From an uncultured Candidatus Saccharibacteria bacterium (GTDB lineage Bacteria; Patescibacteriota; Minisyncoccia; Minisyncoccales; JAGOPM01), in contig CAZQSQ010000004.1 in the NCBI GenBank assembly GCA_964596325.1, positions 1 through 63,434 on the forward strand: DNA of 63,434 nt, read 5' to 3'. Of the stretch, positions 27,804-37,212 are shown in pieces (within the stretch, counting starts at the first letter, position 1; each line of letters begins with the position of its first letter). Below the pieces are notes generated by a model. It made no database searches. It was given only the letters and a program-made list of their open reading frames with translations, and was not told where the DNA came from. The position numbers were made by a program, and so were the translations under genes.

Positions 27804-28212
27804 AAGAGAACGAAGTTCGATTATTAGAAACTCAAGCCGAAGAATGAGGCTTAGAGTTTCTTGTATGCCGAGTAATCTCGGCGCCTTCCGAAAATCGTAA
27901 AAAACCCGAGCAGAGGGTTCGATTTATTAGATTTTCAAAACGAGCACAGCGAGTTTTAGAAAATCTTGTATGCTGCGAAGCGGCCCTTCCGGAGAAAAAG
28001 AAGAGAACGAAGTTCGATTATTAGAAACTCAAGCCGAAGAATGAGGCTTAGAGTTTCTTGTATGCCGAGTAATCTCGGCGCCTTCCGAAAATCGTAAAAA
28101 ACCCGAGCAGAGGGTTCGATTTATTAGATTTTCTTGGCGAGCAAGGCGAGCCTTAGAAAATCATGTACCTGCCTGCCGGTAGGCAGGTGCCGGGTAATCC
28201 CGGCCCTTTCGG
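27804..28212 (+). repeat. Array of four interrupted tRNA-Lys T-arm copies (A-B-A-B), each holding a hairpin element
   Basis: Exact 133-bp direct repeat 27804-27936 / 28001-28133 (period 197); inserts at 27823-27883, 27925-27984, 28020-28080, 28122-28204. Confidence 0.9.
28167..28188. repeat. Short palindrome nested in the fourth array unit
   Basis: acctgcctgccggtaggcaggt splits the conserved TGTA|TGC. Confidence 0.75.
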
Positions 28213-28390
28213 AAAAAAGGAAAAGGCGCCAAGCGGCCCTTGCGGAAGAAGGTTAGGGCTTTGAATTTAAGACTTAGGGCTTAGCAATCCCCCTTGCAAA
28301 AGATAGAAAAATCAGGTATAATTAAATACCTTCGAAACAGCTGGAATAGGGCCTGCTCGCCCTAGGAAAGCACAAGTTTTTATAGAAAAT

Positions 28391-28654
28391 ATGCTTAAAA
28401 CAGAAAAGAAGCAAAAAATCATTAAAGGCGTTCAGACACACGATACGGATACCGGCTCGCCCGAAGTCCAAATCGCTGTTCTTACCGAACAGATAGAAAA
28501 GCTTTTGCAGCACTTGGATTCACATAAAAAAGATTTCCACTCCAAGCGCGGTCTCCTGAAGATGGTTATGAAGCGCAAAAAACTTCTAAATTATCTTAAG
28601 AGCGAAAGCGTTGAACGGTTTGAAAAGATCTCCAAAAAGATCGGCCTTAAATAA
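28391..28654 (+). CDS. rpsO: 30S ribosomal protein S15
   Basis: [31 protein letters not shown]. Confidence 0.97.
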   Translation: MLKTEKKQKIIKGVQTHDTDTGSPEVQIAVLTEQIEKLLQHLDSHKKDFHSKRGLLKMVMKRKKLLNYLKSESVERFEKISKKIGLK

Positions 28655-28714
28655 AACCTTAAGCCCCGCTTAAACGCGGGGCTTGGATTTTTCAAAATGT
28701 TAACTTAAAAAATT

Positions 28715-29263
28715 ATGGATGCCAAACACAAAAACCAAAGGGTGGCGGTGTTTATAGACGTACAAAACCTCTATTATTCCGCCAAAAACCTTTTTGGCAA
28801 GAAAGTTGATTTTGGCTCAATTGTCAAAACCGCCGTGGCGGGGAGGCAATTAGTCCGCGCATTTGCCTATGTGGTACGCACCGAAGGTGGGGCTGAAAAG
28901 CCCTTCCATGAGGCGCTCCAAAAACTGGGCATTGAAATCCGCGTGCGCGACCTTCAGGAATATCCCGGAGGGCTAAAAAAAGCGGATTGGGATGTCGGCA
29001 TTACGGTGGATGCTATCCGCATCGCCAATAATGTCGATACCATCATTTTAGTCTCGGGAGATGGGGATTTTCTCCAATTAGTGGAATACCTGCAAAACCA
29101 AGGCAAACGAGTGGAAGTCATTGCCTTCGGCCGAACGGGCTCCTCCCGCCTCAAAGATATTTGCGACGACTTTACTGATTTAGAAAAAGCACAAGACAAA
29201 TATCTGCTTGATTACGAGAATGCACCCAAAGTTCCCAGACCGAAAAAATTTAGTAAACAGTAA
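28715..29263 (+). CDS. NYN domain (LabA/DUF88) protein
   Basis: VFIDVQNLYY, KADWDVGITVD, LVSGDGDF. Confidence 0.92.
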   Translation: MDAKHKNQRVAVFIDVQNLYYSAKNLFGKKVDFGSIVKTAVAGRQLVRAFAYVVRTEGGAEKPFHEALQKLGIEIRVRDLQEYPGGLKKADWDVGITVDAIRIANNVDTIILVSGDGDFLQLVEYLQNQGKRVEVIAFGRTGSSRLKDICDDFTDLEKAQDKYLLDYENAPKVPRPKKFSKQ

Positions 29264-29324
29264 AATTAATTTAGCCTCCCGGCCGGGCCGGGCAAGGCTG
29301 TCAACAAACCAAACGTAAAAATAT

Positions 29325-31553
29325 ATGTTCTACGATAAAGAATACTCAATGGATTTTGCCGGACGCCAATTAAAAGTCCGCACCAATGTAGCGCAACAGG
29401 CGCACGGCTCATGCTGGATAGAATACGGGGAAACCTCCACGATGGCGGCTTCCACAATGAGCACCAATGAAACTGTCCAAGATTTTTTTCCTCTTACTGT
29501 GGAGTATCAGGAAAGATTTTACGCCGCGGGCAAAATTTTAGGCTCGCGCTTCACCCGCCGCGAGGGCAGGGGAACCAATAAGATGATTTTGACCGGCCGC
29601 TTGATAGACCGCATTATCAGGCCGCTTTTCCCTGAGAGCTTTACCCAAGAGACCCAGGTAATTTTAACCACTCTTTCTTGGGATGCGCAGAATGCTCCGG
29701 TTTTCACCGGTGCGTTTTCTGCTTCTCTTTCTTTAGGAATTTCTAAAATTCCGTGGAATGGTCCGATTGCTTGCGTGCAAGTGGGCAATGTGGAGGGCCA
29801 ATTTATTTTGAACCCCTCTTACGAGCAATTAGAAAAATCCAATATTAAGCTGACTTTGGGCGGCTACGAAAAGAATGGCCAGCTTCTTATTAATATGATT
29901 GAATGCATCTCTGATGAAGTTTCTGAAGGGGTGGTAGCAGAAGCCTGCAAATTCGCCAACCCATATTTGAAACAGCTGATTGATTTCCAAAAACAAATAA
30001 TCACTGATTGCGGGCAGGAAAAATATATTCCCGCCAATGTTTTCCCGGAAGCGGAAATGGAACAAAAAATCCGCGAATTTTTGGGAGACAAACTTGATTC
30101 CACAATGGAATCCTTCGTGGGCAAGGAGCTGATGGCCAAACTCGAAGAATTAAAAGAGCAAGCTATCGAGGCCATGAAGCAGCAATACCCAGATAAAGAC
30201 TGTAAAAAACTTTTAACCAACTGGTTTGAACGCGAGCTAGATTACGCTTTTCATAAATTAGCTTTAGAGAAAGGTAAAAGGGCTGATGGCCGCGCCTTTG
30301 ACGAATTGCGCCAGCTCACTGCCAAAGTGGCGGTTTTACCGCGAGCCCATGGCTCGGGCTTTTTTGCCCGTGGGCAAACCCAAGCGCTTTCTATTTGCAC
30401 CTTAGGCGCTCCCGGAGACCAACAACTTTTAGAGGATATCGACTTTCAAGGCAAGAAGCGTTACATGCACCACTATAACTTCCCGCCATATTGCTCGGGC
30501 GAAGTAAAACGCTTGGGCCCGCCGGGCAGGCGTGAAATCGGCCACGGACAATTAGCGGAAAATGCTTTGATACCCTTAATCCCGGATGTGGACCAATTTC
30601 CCTATACTATCCGCGTGGTGACCGAGATACTTTCTTCTAATGGCTCTACTTCCATGGCCTCGGTTTGTGGCTCTACGCTTTCTTTAATGGATGCGGGCGT
30701 GCCGATTAAAAGACCTTGCGCGGGCATTTCTATCGGCTTAATGCATGGCTCCAAATTAGGGCCAAATTCCACTGACCAAAGATTCAAACTTTTAACTGAT
30801 ATCCAAGGCCCCGAAGACCACTATGGAGATATGGACTTCAAAGTTGCCGGCACTTCCGAGGGCATTACCGCCATCCAATTAGATGTAAAGCTTGATGGTT
30901 TAACCCAAGAGATAATTGAAGGGGCTTTAAGCGCAGCTAAGACTGCCAGAACCCAACTTCTTGGTTTAATTACCACCACTATTAGCGAACCTCGCAAAGA
31001 ACTTTCTCCTTATGCGCCGGTTATTGTCAATTTCCAGATAAATCCGGAAAAGATTGGCGAAGTTATTGGCCCGAAAGGCAAAACTATTAATGAGATTGTG
31101 GCCAAATATGAGGTAACGGTTGATATTGAAGATGACGGTAAAGTTTTTGTCACCGGTACTGACAGGGCCAAAGCCCAAGCTGCCATTGAAGCCATCAAAT
31201 CTATTGTTAAAGAATTCCAAGTAGGAGAAATTATCAAAGGCAAAGTCGTTAATATTATGGACTTTGGCGCCTTTGTGGAGCTCAGCCCTTCTACTGACGG
31301 CCTAATACACATCTCCAACTTGGCCAACCATCGGGTAGCGAAAGTGACTGATGTGGTTAAAGAAGGTGATATCGTGGATGTAAAAATCATCGGCATCGAA
31401 GATAACGGGAAAATAAAACTTTCCCTTAAAGATCTTACGCCCGGTGCGCCAGCCGAAGAAAGCGAACCCGCTCGCGAACGCGCCCCAAGGTTTAATCCTC
31501 GAGGCAGCTCTCGCGACAGGGGAGGCGACCGCCGTCACGACCGCAGACGCTAA
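29325..31553 (+). CDS. pnp: Polyribonucleotide nucleotidyltransferase
   Basis: FFPLTVEYQER, RRDIGHG-like RREIGHG, SNGSTSMAS, GDMDFKVAG, KH and S1 domains. Confidence 0.97.
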   Translation: MFYDKEYSMDFAGRQLKVRTNVAQQAHGSCWIEYGETSTMAASTMSTNETVQDFFPLTVEYQERFYAAGKILGSRFTRREGRGTNKMILTGRLIDRIIRPLFPESFTQETQVILTTLSWDAQNAPVFTGAFSASLSLGISKIPWNGPIACVQVGNVEGQFILNPSYEQLEKSNIKLTLGGYEKNGQLLINMIECISDEVSEGVVAEACKFANPYLKQLIDFQKQIITDCGQEKYIPANVFPEAEMEQKIREFLGDKLDSTMESFVGKELMAKLEELKEQAIEAMKQQYPDKDCKKLLTNWFERELDYAFHKLALEKGKRADGRAFDELRQLTAKVAVLPRAHGSGFFARGQTQALSICTLGAPGDQQLLEDIDFQGKKRYMHHYNFPPYCSGEVKRLGPPGRREIGHGQLAENALIPLIPDVDQFPYTIRVVTEILSSNGSTSMASVCGSTLSLMDAGVPIKRPCAGISIGLMHGSKLGPNSTDQRFKLLTDIQGPEDHYGDMDFKVAGTSEGITAIQLDVKLDGLTQEIIEGALSAAKTARTQLLGLITTTISEPRKELSPYAPVIVNFQINPEKIGEVIGPKGKTINEIVAKYEVTVDIEDDGKVFVTGTDRAKAQAAIEAIKSIVKEFQVGEIIKGKVVNIMDFGAFVELSPSTDGLIHISNLANHRVAKVTDVVKEGDIVDVKIIGIEDNGKIKLSLKDLTPGAPAEESEPARERAPRFNPRGSSRDRGGDRRHDRRR

Positions 31554-31670
31554 ATTGAAAACAAGTAGAAAAAAGCCCCCATACCAATAATATTGATATG
31601 GGGGCTTTTCCACTGATATTAATTCCCAAACCTTGCGCAATTTGTTAAAATATTGTTGACGTTAAAAACC

Positions 31671-33869
31671 ATGGCGCAACAATTACGCGGCCAAGATTTT
31701 ATTGTAGATACGCAGGGGCCCCAAATTAATCCCAATAATATCCGGACAATGAAAAAGGACATCGCATTGTCCAAAGGTTTGGTGCAGCCGCAAAAAGAAT
31801 TTGTTGCTCCAGAGCCGCTGCCTCAAAGGCAGCCACAACAAGCTCCCCCCAAAACAATTTCCGCTACCGCGCCCCAAAGCGAACCGCCAAAGCAAAGCGC
31901 TCCAGCGCCAGCCCAACCAGCTTCTCCCGGAGAATTCAAAATTATTACCGGAGGTTCCTCTATTAAAACCTCAGCTAAACAAACGCCCGCCACACAACCT
32001 CTAGAACAACCGCTCAAGCCCAGCAAACCCGTAAAATTAAAAGAGGGCGATGTTGTCATTTTGGAAGCTTGGGAAGTCGGAGCCGGTTCAGGAGCTATAA
32101 GTAATTATGGCCAATCCGGTTCGCCTGAAATCCCTTCAGCCGGCCAAAATGGTAATGGAAAAAATGGGGAAATGAAAACCCTTAAGGTCAATTTGGGCCT
32201 TAAAGAAAATAAGCCAGCCCAAAATGGGGCAGTTGCGACAAGCCCCATTACTCCCAATCAGAACCAAAACCGAGCCCCGATAAATCCTAGCCCTCAACCC
32301 CCAGTCCAAATCCCCGTTACCCCTAAACCTGAACCCAAACCCTTAAGCGTCCCGATAAGCAAACCAGAGATTAGCCAAGCGCAAACACCTCCCAAGCAAA
32401 TCATCCCCGCACCCAAGCCCGAAGAGCAGCTCCAAAAGGCGAAAGAAAAAGAAGAGTTCGAAAAGAAAGAACAAATTTTCGGTTTTAATCCCGAAGTCCA
32501 GCTAATGATAAAAAAGGGTGCGGCACCAGTTAAGCCCGTTGAGAAAAAAACTATCCCCCAGCCGGTAACCAAGCAAGCGGCCCCGCCTTTAATGGCCCAG
32601 ATTCCTCCGGACATGATTCCGCCTCCGCCGCCAAGCATGGCCGCCTCTAAAATGGCCAGCGCCTCCCAAGACGAGGCAAGCTTAAAGCTGCCGACACCCA
32701 AAGAAGGGGATAGACCTTCGCATTTAGAAGAATACGAACCGCAAGAATTGCCCGGCTATGAATGGATTGAGCCGGTTGATGTGCCCGGACGCAAAAAAAC
32801 ACCGCCACCTAAAGACAAATTCACGCAAGAAATAGAAAAAGTTATCAAGGCGGGCAAACAAGCTTTTGCCCAGCCAACGCCGGAAAGGCCACATCCAAAA
32901 CCGTCAGCGCAAAGCGCTCAAGCCTTGCCAAGCAAACCTCAAGCTACTCCTGAACCGGAAAAACCCAAGGATGCCAGAACGCAGCTTCGGGAAACTTTGG
33001 CGGAAATTCATAAACAAAAATCCGTACTTTCGACCGAGAAAGACGCCATCTTAAAAAATATTGATCTGCAGGCTAAAGAAATCAGAAATTCCACCCAAGC
33101 CCTCCAAAGCGGCCTCACGGAACTTTTGCGTAAAAAAGAAAATTTGGAGAACACAATTTTGGCCGATGCAATGGCACACGAATCCCAAGTTGAAGAAAAA
33201 TTGCGCCAAATAATAGCCAGTCAGCGGGCGGCCAAGGGCCTACTCCAAGAAGAAGAATTGGAACGCCAAAGGGAAGAAAAGGAAACCGAACGAAAAATGG
33301 CAGAAAAAACCCGCTGGGATATTGAAGACAAAATCCTTAAGCTCATAGACCAAATGGAGGCTAATAAGCTCCAATACCAAGCGATGCTCGCCCAAGAGGA
33401 GAGGCTGCATGAGAAAAAACTGGACATGCTCCATCGCGAAGAGACAATCGATCTGGAGGAACAAAAAATAAATTGCGAATTAGAACTCTTAGACATTGAT
33501 AGTAAGCAAAAAGATCTCTCCTCGCAATATTCCGCGCTTTTACCTGCTAAAAATATCATCAATAAATCCCTCCACGAGCTTTCCGATGAAAAGCTGGCTA
33601 TTGACCAAGAGCTAGTTTCCTTGGAGAGTAAAGAGAAGGAAGTTGAGGGGGCTGACAGGCGCAAGACCGAAGAAGCTCGCCAGAATATTGAAAATAAACG
33701 GCGGTCAGCAGCCCAAGCTTATTTGCAAAAAGTAAAAGAAAAGGACAAAATAGAACAAGAGTTAACTGCGGTTACAAAGTCAGTGCAAGAATTCTCAAGC
33801 AAGGAACAAAAACTCAAAGATAAAATCATTTCTCTTGAAAGACAAATAAAATCAAAGAGGAAAAAATAA
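31671..33869 (+). CDS. Large Pro/Gln-rich disordered protein with a C-terminal coiled coil
   Basis: Low-complexity P/Q/K N-terminal half; heptad-rich E/K/L C-terminal half. Confidence 0.75.
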   Translation: MAQQLRGQDFIVDTQGPQINPNNIRTMKKDIALSKGLVQPQKEFVAPEPLPQRQPQQAPPKTISATAPQSEPPKQSAPAPAQPASPGEFKIITGGSSIKTSAKQTPATQPLEQPLKPSKPVKLKEGDVVILEAWEVGAGSGAISNYGQSGSPEIPSAGQNGNGKNGEMKTLKVNLGLKENKPAQNGAVATSPITPNQNQNRAPINPSPQPPVQIPVTPKPEPKPLSVPISKPEISQAQTPPKQIIPAPKPEEQLQKAKEKEEFEKKEQIFGFNPEVQLMIKKGAAPVKPVEKKTIPQPVTKQAAPPLMAQIPPDMIPPPPPSMAASKMASASQDEASLKLPTPKEGDRPSHLEEYEPQELPGYEWIEPVDVPGRKKTPPPKDKFTQEIEKVIKAGKQAFAQPTPERPHPKPSAQSAQALPSKPQATPEPEKPKDARTQLRETLAEIHKQKSVLSTEKDAILKNIDLQAKEIRNSTQALQSGLTELLRKKENLENTILADAMAHESQVEEKLRQIIASQRAAKGLLQEEELERQREEKETERKMAEKTRWDIEDKILKLIDQMEANKLQYQAMLAQEERLHEKKLDMLHREETIDLEEQKINCELELLDIDSKQKDLSSQYSALLPAKNIINKSLHELSDEKLAIDQELVSLESKEKEVEGADRRKTEEARQNIENKRRSAAQAYLQKVKEKDKIEQELTAVTKSVQEFSSKEQKLKDKIISLERQIKSKRKK

Positions 33870-33878
33870 CAGAAAATT

Positions 33879-34271
33879 ATGGACAGTGAATTTTTAGCCA
33901 AACAAAAAGAAGCGCTCTTGGCGGAAAAAAAATCCTTAGAAAAGGAATTAGGAACATTTGCCCAGCCCGACGAAAAAATTAAAGGCGACTGGGACACCAA
34001 ATTCCCGGAAATGTCCGGAGGCGAGGCGGGGAATGCGGGCGAGGGGAGCCTTGATACCGAAGCCGATGAGGTGGAGGTTTATGAGGCTGATCTTTCCGTG
34101 GAGCACACTCTGGAAGACCGACTGGCCGAAACCAACAAAGCTTTGGCAAGAATGGAAAAGGGCGAGTATGGGAAATGCACTTCTTGTGGAGCACAAATCC
34201 CTAAAGAAAGACTAGAAATAAAACCTGAGGCCGAGCTTTGTATGAAATGCGAGGCCAAGGAAATTCACTAA
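33879..34271 (+). CDS. dksA: TraR/DksA C4 zinc-finger protein
   Basis: DTEAD..ALARMEKGEYGKCTSCGAQIPKERLEIKPEAELCMKC. Confidence 0.88.
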   Translation: MDSEFLAKQKEALLAEKKSLEKELGTFAQPDEKIKGDWDTKFPEMSGGEAGNAGEGSLDTEADEVEVYEADLSVEHTLEDRLAETNKALARMEKGEYGKCTSCGAQIPKERLEIKPEAELCMKCEAKEIH

Positions 34272-34280
34272 TAGGTAATT

Positions 34281-35825
34281 ATGGCTGTCAAAATCTTTTC
34301 AGCGGCAATTGTAGGTTTTGGCGGACGCATTATTGAAATTGAAGTGGAGGCCACACACGGCCTCCGCTCTTTTGATATTGTCGGCCTGCCGGATAAATCC
34401 GTGCAAGAATCCAAAGACCGCACGTGCGCGGCCATAAAAAGCTCAGGCTTTTCTCCGGCTTTTGCCCAGGCCAAAAAAGTTCTGGTCAATTTAGCACCGG
34501 CCGATCTGAAAAAGGAAGGAAGCTTTTACGATCTGCCCATCGCCTTGGGTTATTTGCTAAAAACTGAACAAATAAAATTTGATCCGCGGGGGAAAATTTT
34601 CATCGGTGAGCTTTCGCTTAATGGCGAGCTCAAACCGGCGCGGGGAGTTTTGGCTCTTTGTTTAGCTATCAGGGAAAATAAGGAGATTGCCAATATTATT
34701 GTGCCACAGGCCAATGCCCAAGAATGCGCCCTGGCCTTTTTGGATGCACCGCAAAAAATCAATATCATCCCGGTTAATAGCCTTAAACAAACCATAAACT
34801 GGCTGCAAGGCAAAGAAAAGATCGAAAATTACCAAATAGACAAAGAAATATTTTTAGGGGAGATTAATGACAAGGAGGGTATAGATATCGGCTGGATAAA
34901 AGGGCAAGAAACCGCCAAACGCGCCTTGGAAATTTGTGCCTCCGGCGGACATAATCTTTTAATGGTTGGCCCGCCAGGTGGAGGCAAAAGCCTTTTGGCC
35001 AAAGCTTTGCCCTCGATTATGCCGCCGCTGGCTATAAATGAAATGGTAGAAGTAACAAAAATTTATAGTTTGGCGGGATTGCTAACTCCAGAAAAACCAT
35101 TCATGGGCAGCCGGCCCTTCCGCTCACCTCACCATACTGCCAGCCCTTCCGCGATTGTGGGTGGGGCTGGGACGGCCAATCCGGGTGAAATTACTTTAGC
35201 TCACCGGGGCGTCTTATTTTTAGATGAATTTCCCGAATTCCACCGCGATGTTTTAGAATCTTTAAGGCAACCGATGGAAGATGGAACCATCACCATTTCG
35301 CGTGCCAAGCAGCGCGCCACTTTTCCTTGCCGCTTTACGCTCTTGGCCGCAGCCAATCCCACGCCTGGGGGATATTTTGAAAATGACGATGGACCGAACT
35401 ACACCTCGGGGCAATTAGCTAAATACAAGCGCAAACTTTCCGGCCCCATTGTGGATCGTATTGATTTGTATGTGGAATTGCCTCAAGTAAAATACGATAA
35501 CCTTATTGACCAGTCGCGCCAAGCCCAAAGCGAAAAAATAAAATTAAAAGTGTTGGAGGCCAGAAAAATCCAAGGGGCCAGATTTGCCGGGCAGGGGATT
35601 CTGCTCAATAGCGAAATGCAGGTGCCGCAAATTGAAAAATATTGCCAGTTAGATACAGCGTCCCATAATCTGGCCAGAAAATTTGTCGATTCGGGCGCGC
35701 TCTCGGCCCGCGGCTATCACCGAGTTTTGAAAGTTGCCCGCACTATTGCCGATTTGGCAGGTGAACCCGATATCAAACAAGAGCATTTAAGCGAAGCTCT
35801 GATGTTCAGACAAAAGAATAATTAA
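34281..35825 (+). CDS. comM: YifB/ComM Mg-chelatase-like AAA+ ATPase
   Basis: IVGLPDKSVQESKDR, GPPGGGKS, RSPHHTAS, GVLFLDEFPEF, LSARGYHRVLKVARTIADL. Confidence 0.93.
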   Translation: MAVKIFSAAIVGFGGRIIEIEVEATHGLRSFDIVGLPDKSVQESKDRTCAAIKSSGFSPAFAQAKKVLVNLAPADLKKEGSFYDLPIALGYLLKTEQIKFDPRGKIFIGELSLNGELKPARGVLALCLAIRENKEIANIIVPQANAQECALAFLDAPQKINIIPVNSLKQTINWLQGKEKIENYQIDKEIFLGEINDKEGIDIGWIKGQETAKRALEICASGGHNLLMVGPPGGGKSLLAKALPSIMPPLAINEMVEVTKIYSLAGLLTPEKPFMGSRPFRSPHHTASPSAIVGGAGTANPGEITLAHRGVLFLDEFPEFHRDVLESLRQPMEDGTITISRAKQRATFPCRFTLLAAANPTPGGYFENDDGPNYTSGQLAKYKRKLSGPIVDRIDLYVELPQVKYDNLIDQSRQAQSEKIKLKVLEARKIQGARFAGQGILLNSEMQVPQIEKYCQLDTASHNLARKFVDSGALSARGYHRVLKVARTIADLAGEPDIKQEHLSEALMFRQKNN

Positions 35826-35865
35826 CCAAAAACCTCCCCAATTCGGGGAGGTTTTATATTTTTGA

Positions 35866-36969
35866 TTATCGAAGCGGATTGCGCGGGGCGGCTCCGGAAA
35901 TGCTGCCAACCTCAAAGTGCACATGGCAGCCCGTGACACCTATAGTCCTGCCCGTGTTGCCGATCAAGCCAATAGTTTGACCGGTGACCACATCTTCGCC
36001 CTCTTTAACGTTTATTCTCCCCATATGGGCATAAAGGGTGGTTAAACCTGAAGGATGTTGGATTTTAACATAGCTTCCAAATCCGCCGTTATATCCGGAA
36101 GTCCGAACTTTCAGAACTTTTCCGCTAGCCGCAGCAAAAATCTGCTGACCGCAAGAGCCCATACCCGGCGCCAAGTCAACTGCATTGCGGAAGTGCAAGC
36201 CTTGCGTTTTTTTACAAACTCCTCCTACGCGCGGAATCGGGCAGATAAAATAACTATCAGGCACAATATTATCCGCATATTGGCCTTGGGCAGAATAAGT
36301 CGGAGCTTTAGAGGGCATCTTCGCATTGGGCAAAATCAAAATATCCCCCGGATAGAGCTTTTCGCTATCCAATTCATTAAAGGCAATGATATTATCCTTT
36401 CCTGACTGGTAAGTTTTGGCGATTTTATCCAAAGAGTCGCCATTTTGAACCGTATAAACCAAACCATCAACCGGCAAAATTATCAAAGACATTCCTTCCT
36501 TGACGGCACTCTTAGAGCTTAAATCATTAGCCCAATAAATGGTTTGCGGCTTAATACCGTATTTATCAGCGATAGACTGGAAGGTGTCGCCCTTTTGCAC
36601 AATATATTCCACAATTTCCTTACCGGTAATGCTTTGGGCTTCCGGCCTCTGCTCCTGGTAGTCATCTTCAATATTGGCAAAAGTTCTTATTCTGGCGTTT
36701 TCTGGAGAGCAAACCGGCGCCAAACTGTTGCCTTGGATAATGTTCTGGTCATAAACAGCCGCATCTTCGTTGCGCTGGGTGAGGTAAGGGGTCTGGCAAT
36801 CCGCGATGTTTTCCGCCTTCACGGCAAAACGGGTGGCATCCGAAGTATTGTCGGGCAGTAAAAGCAAGCCAGTGGTTATGGCCAATAGTATAGTTCCGAT
36901 GCTAAAATAAGCTTTTTTATGCACCCCCTGAAGAAAAAATTCCTTCTTTAAGTGTCGAAATCTGGACAA
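35866..36969 (-). CDS. LysM x2 + M23 peptidase
   Basis: YIVQKGDT, YTVQNGDSL, AVDLA, TLYAHM, CHVHFEV. Confidence 0.9.
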   Translation of the reverse strand: MSRFRHLKKEFFLQGVHKKAYFSIGTILLAITTGLLLLPDNTSDATRFAVKAENIADCQTPYLTQRNEDAAVYDQNIIQGNSLAPVCSPENARIRTFANIEDDYQEQRPEAQSITGKEIVEYIVQKGDTFQSIADKYGIKPQTIYWANDLSSKSAVKEGMSLIILPVDGLVYTVQNGDSLDKIAKTYQSGKDNIIAFNELDSEKLYPGDILILPNAKMPSKAPTYSAQGQYADNIVPDSYFICPIPRVGGVCKKTQGLHFRNAVDLAPGMGSCGQQIFAAASGKVLKVRTSGYNGGFGSYVKIQHPSGLTTLYAHMGRINVKEGEDVVTGQTIGLIGNTGRTIGVTGCHVHFEVGSISGAAPRNPLR

Positions 36970-37212
36970 AATAGGATTTCCAGCCCTTCTTAAGCCCTGA
37001 GTAGGCCTTCCAAGAGCCGGTTTTTTTAGGCTATTTATGATTATGGCACCCCTTCAGGGACCGGTCAAGGCATTTTGGGGCTTATTTATTTTACGGCCAT
37101 AAAACAAAAACGACCTTAAAAATTGCCATTTTAGGTGAAATTTTACACATTTTATCCACAAGCCAATAAAAACTAGTGATTTTGCCGGGCTTTTTGCTAT
37201 ACTGCCTGTATT

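Noticed and set aside
22902-28204. Integron attC or Xer dif sites for the hairpin element
   Set aside because: No RYYYAAC/GTTRRRY boxes, no XerD arm (TTATGTTAAAT-like) and no integrase in the window.
27804-28212. CRISPR array
   Set aside because: Units are ~90-110 bp and tRNA-derived, the spacers are duplicated rather than unique, and there are no cas genes.
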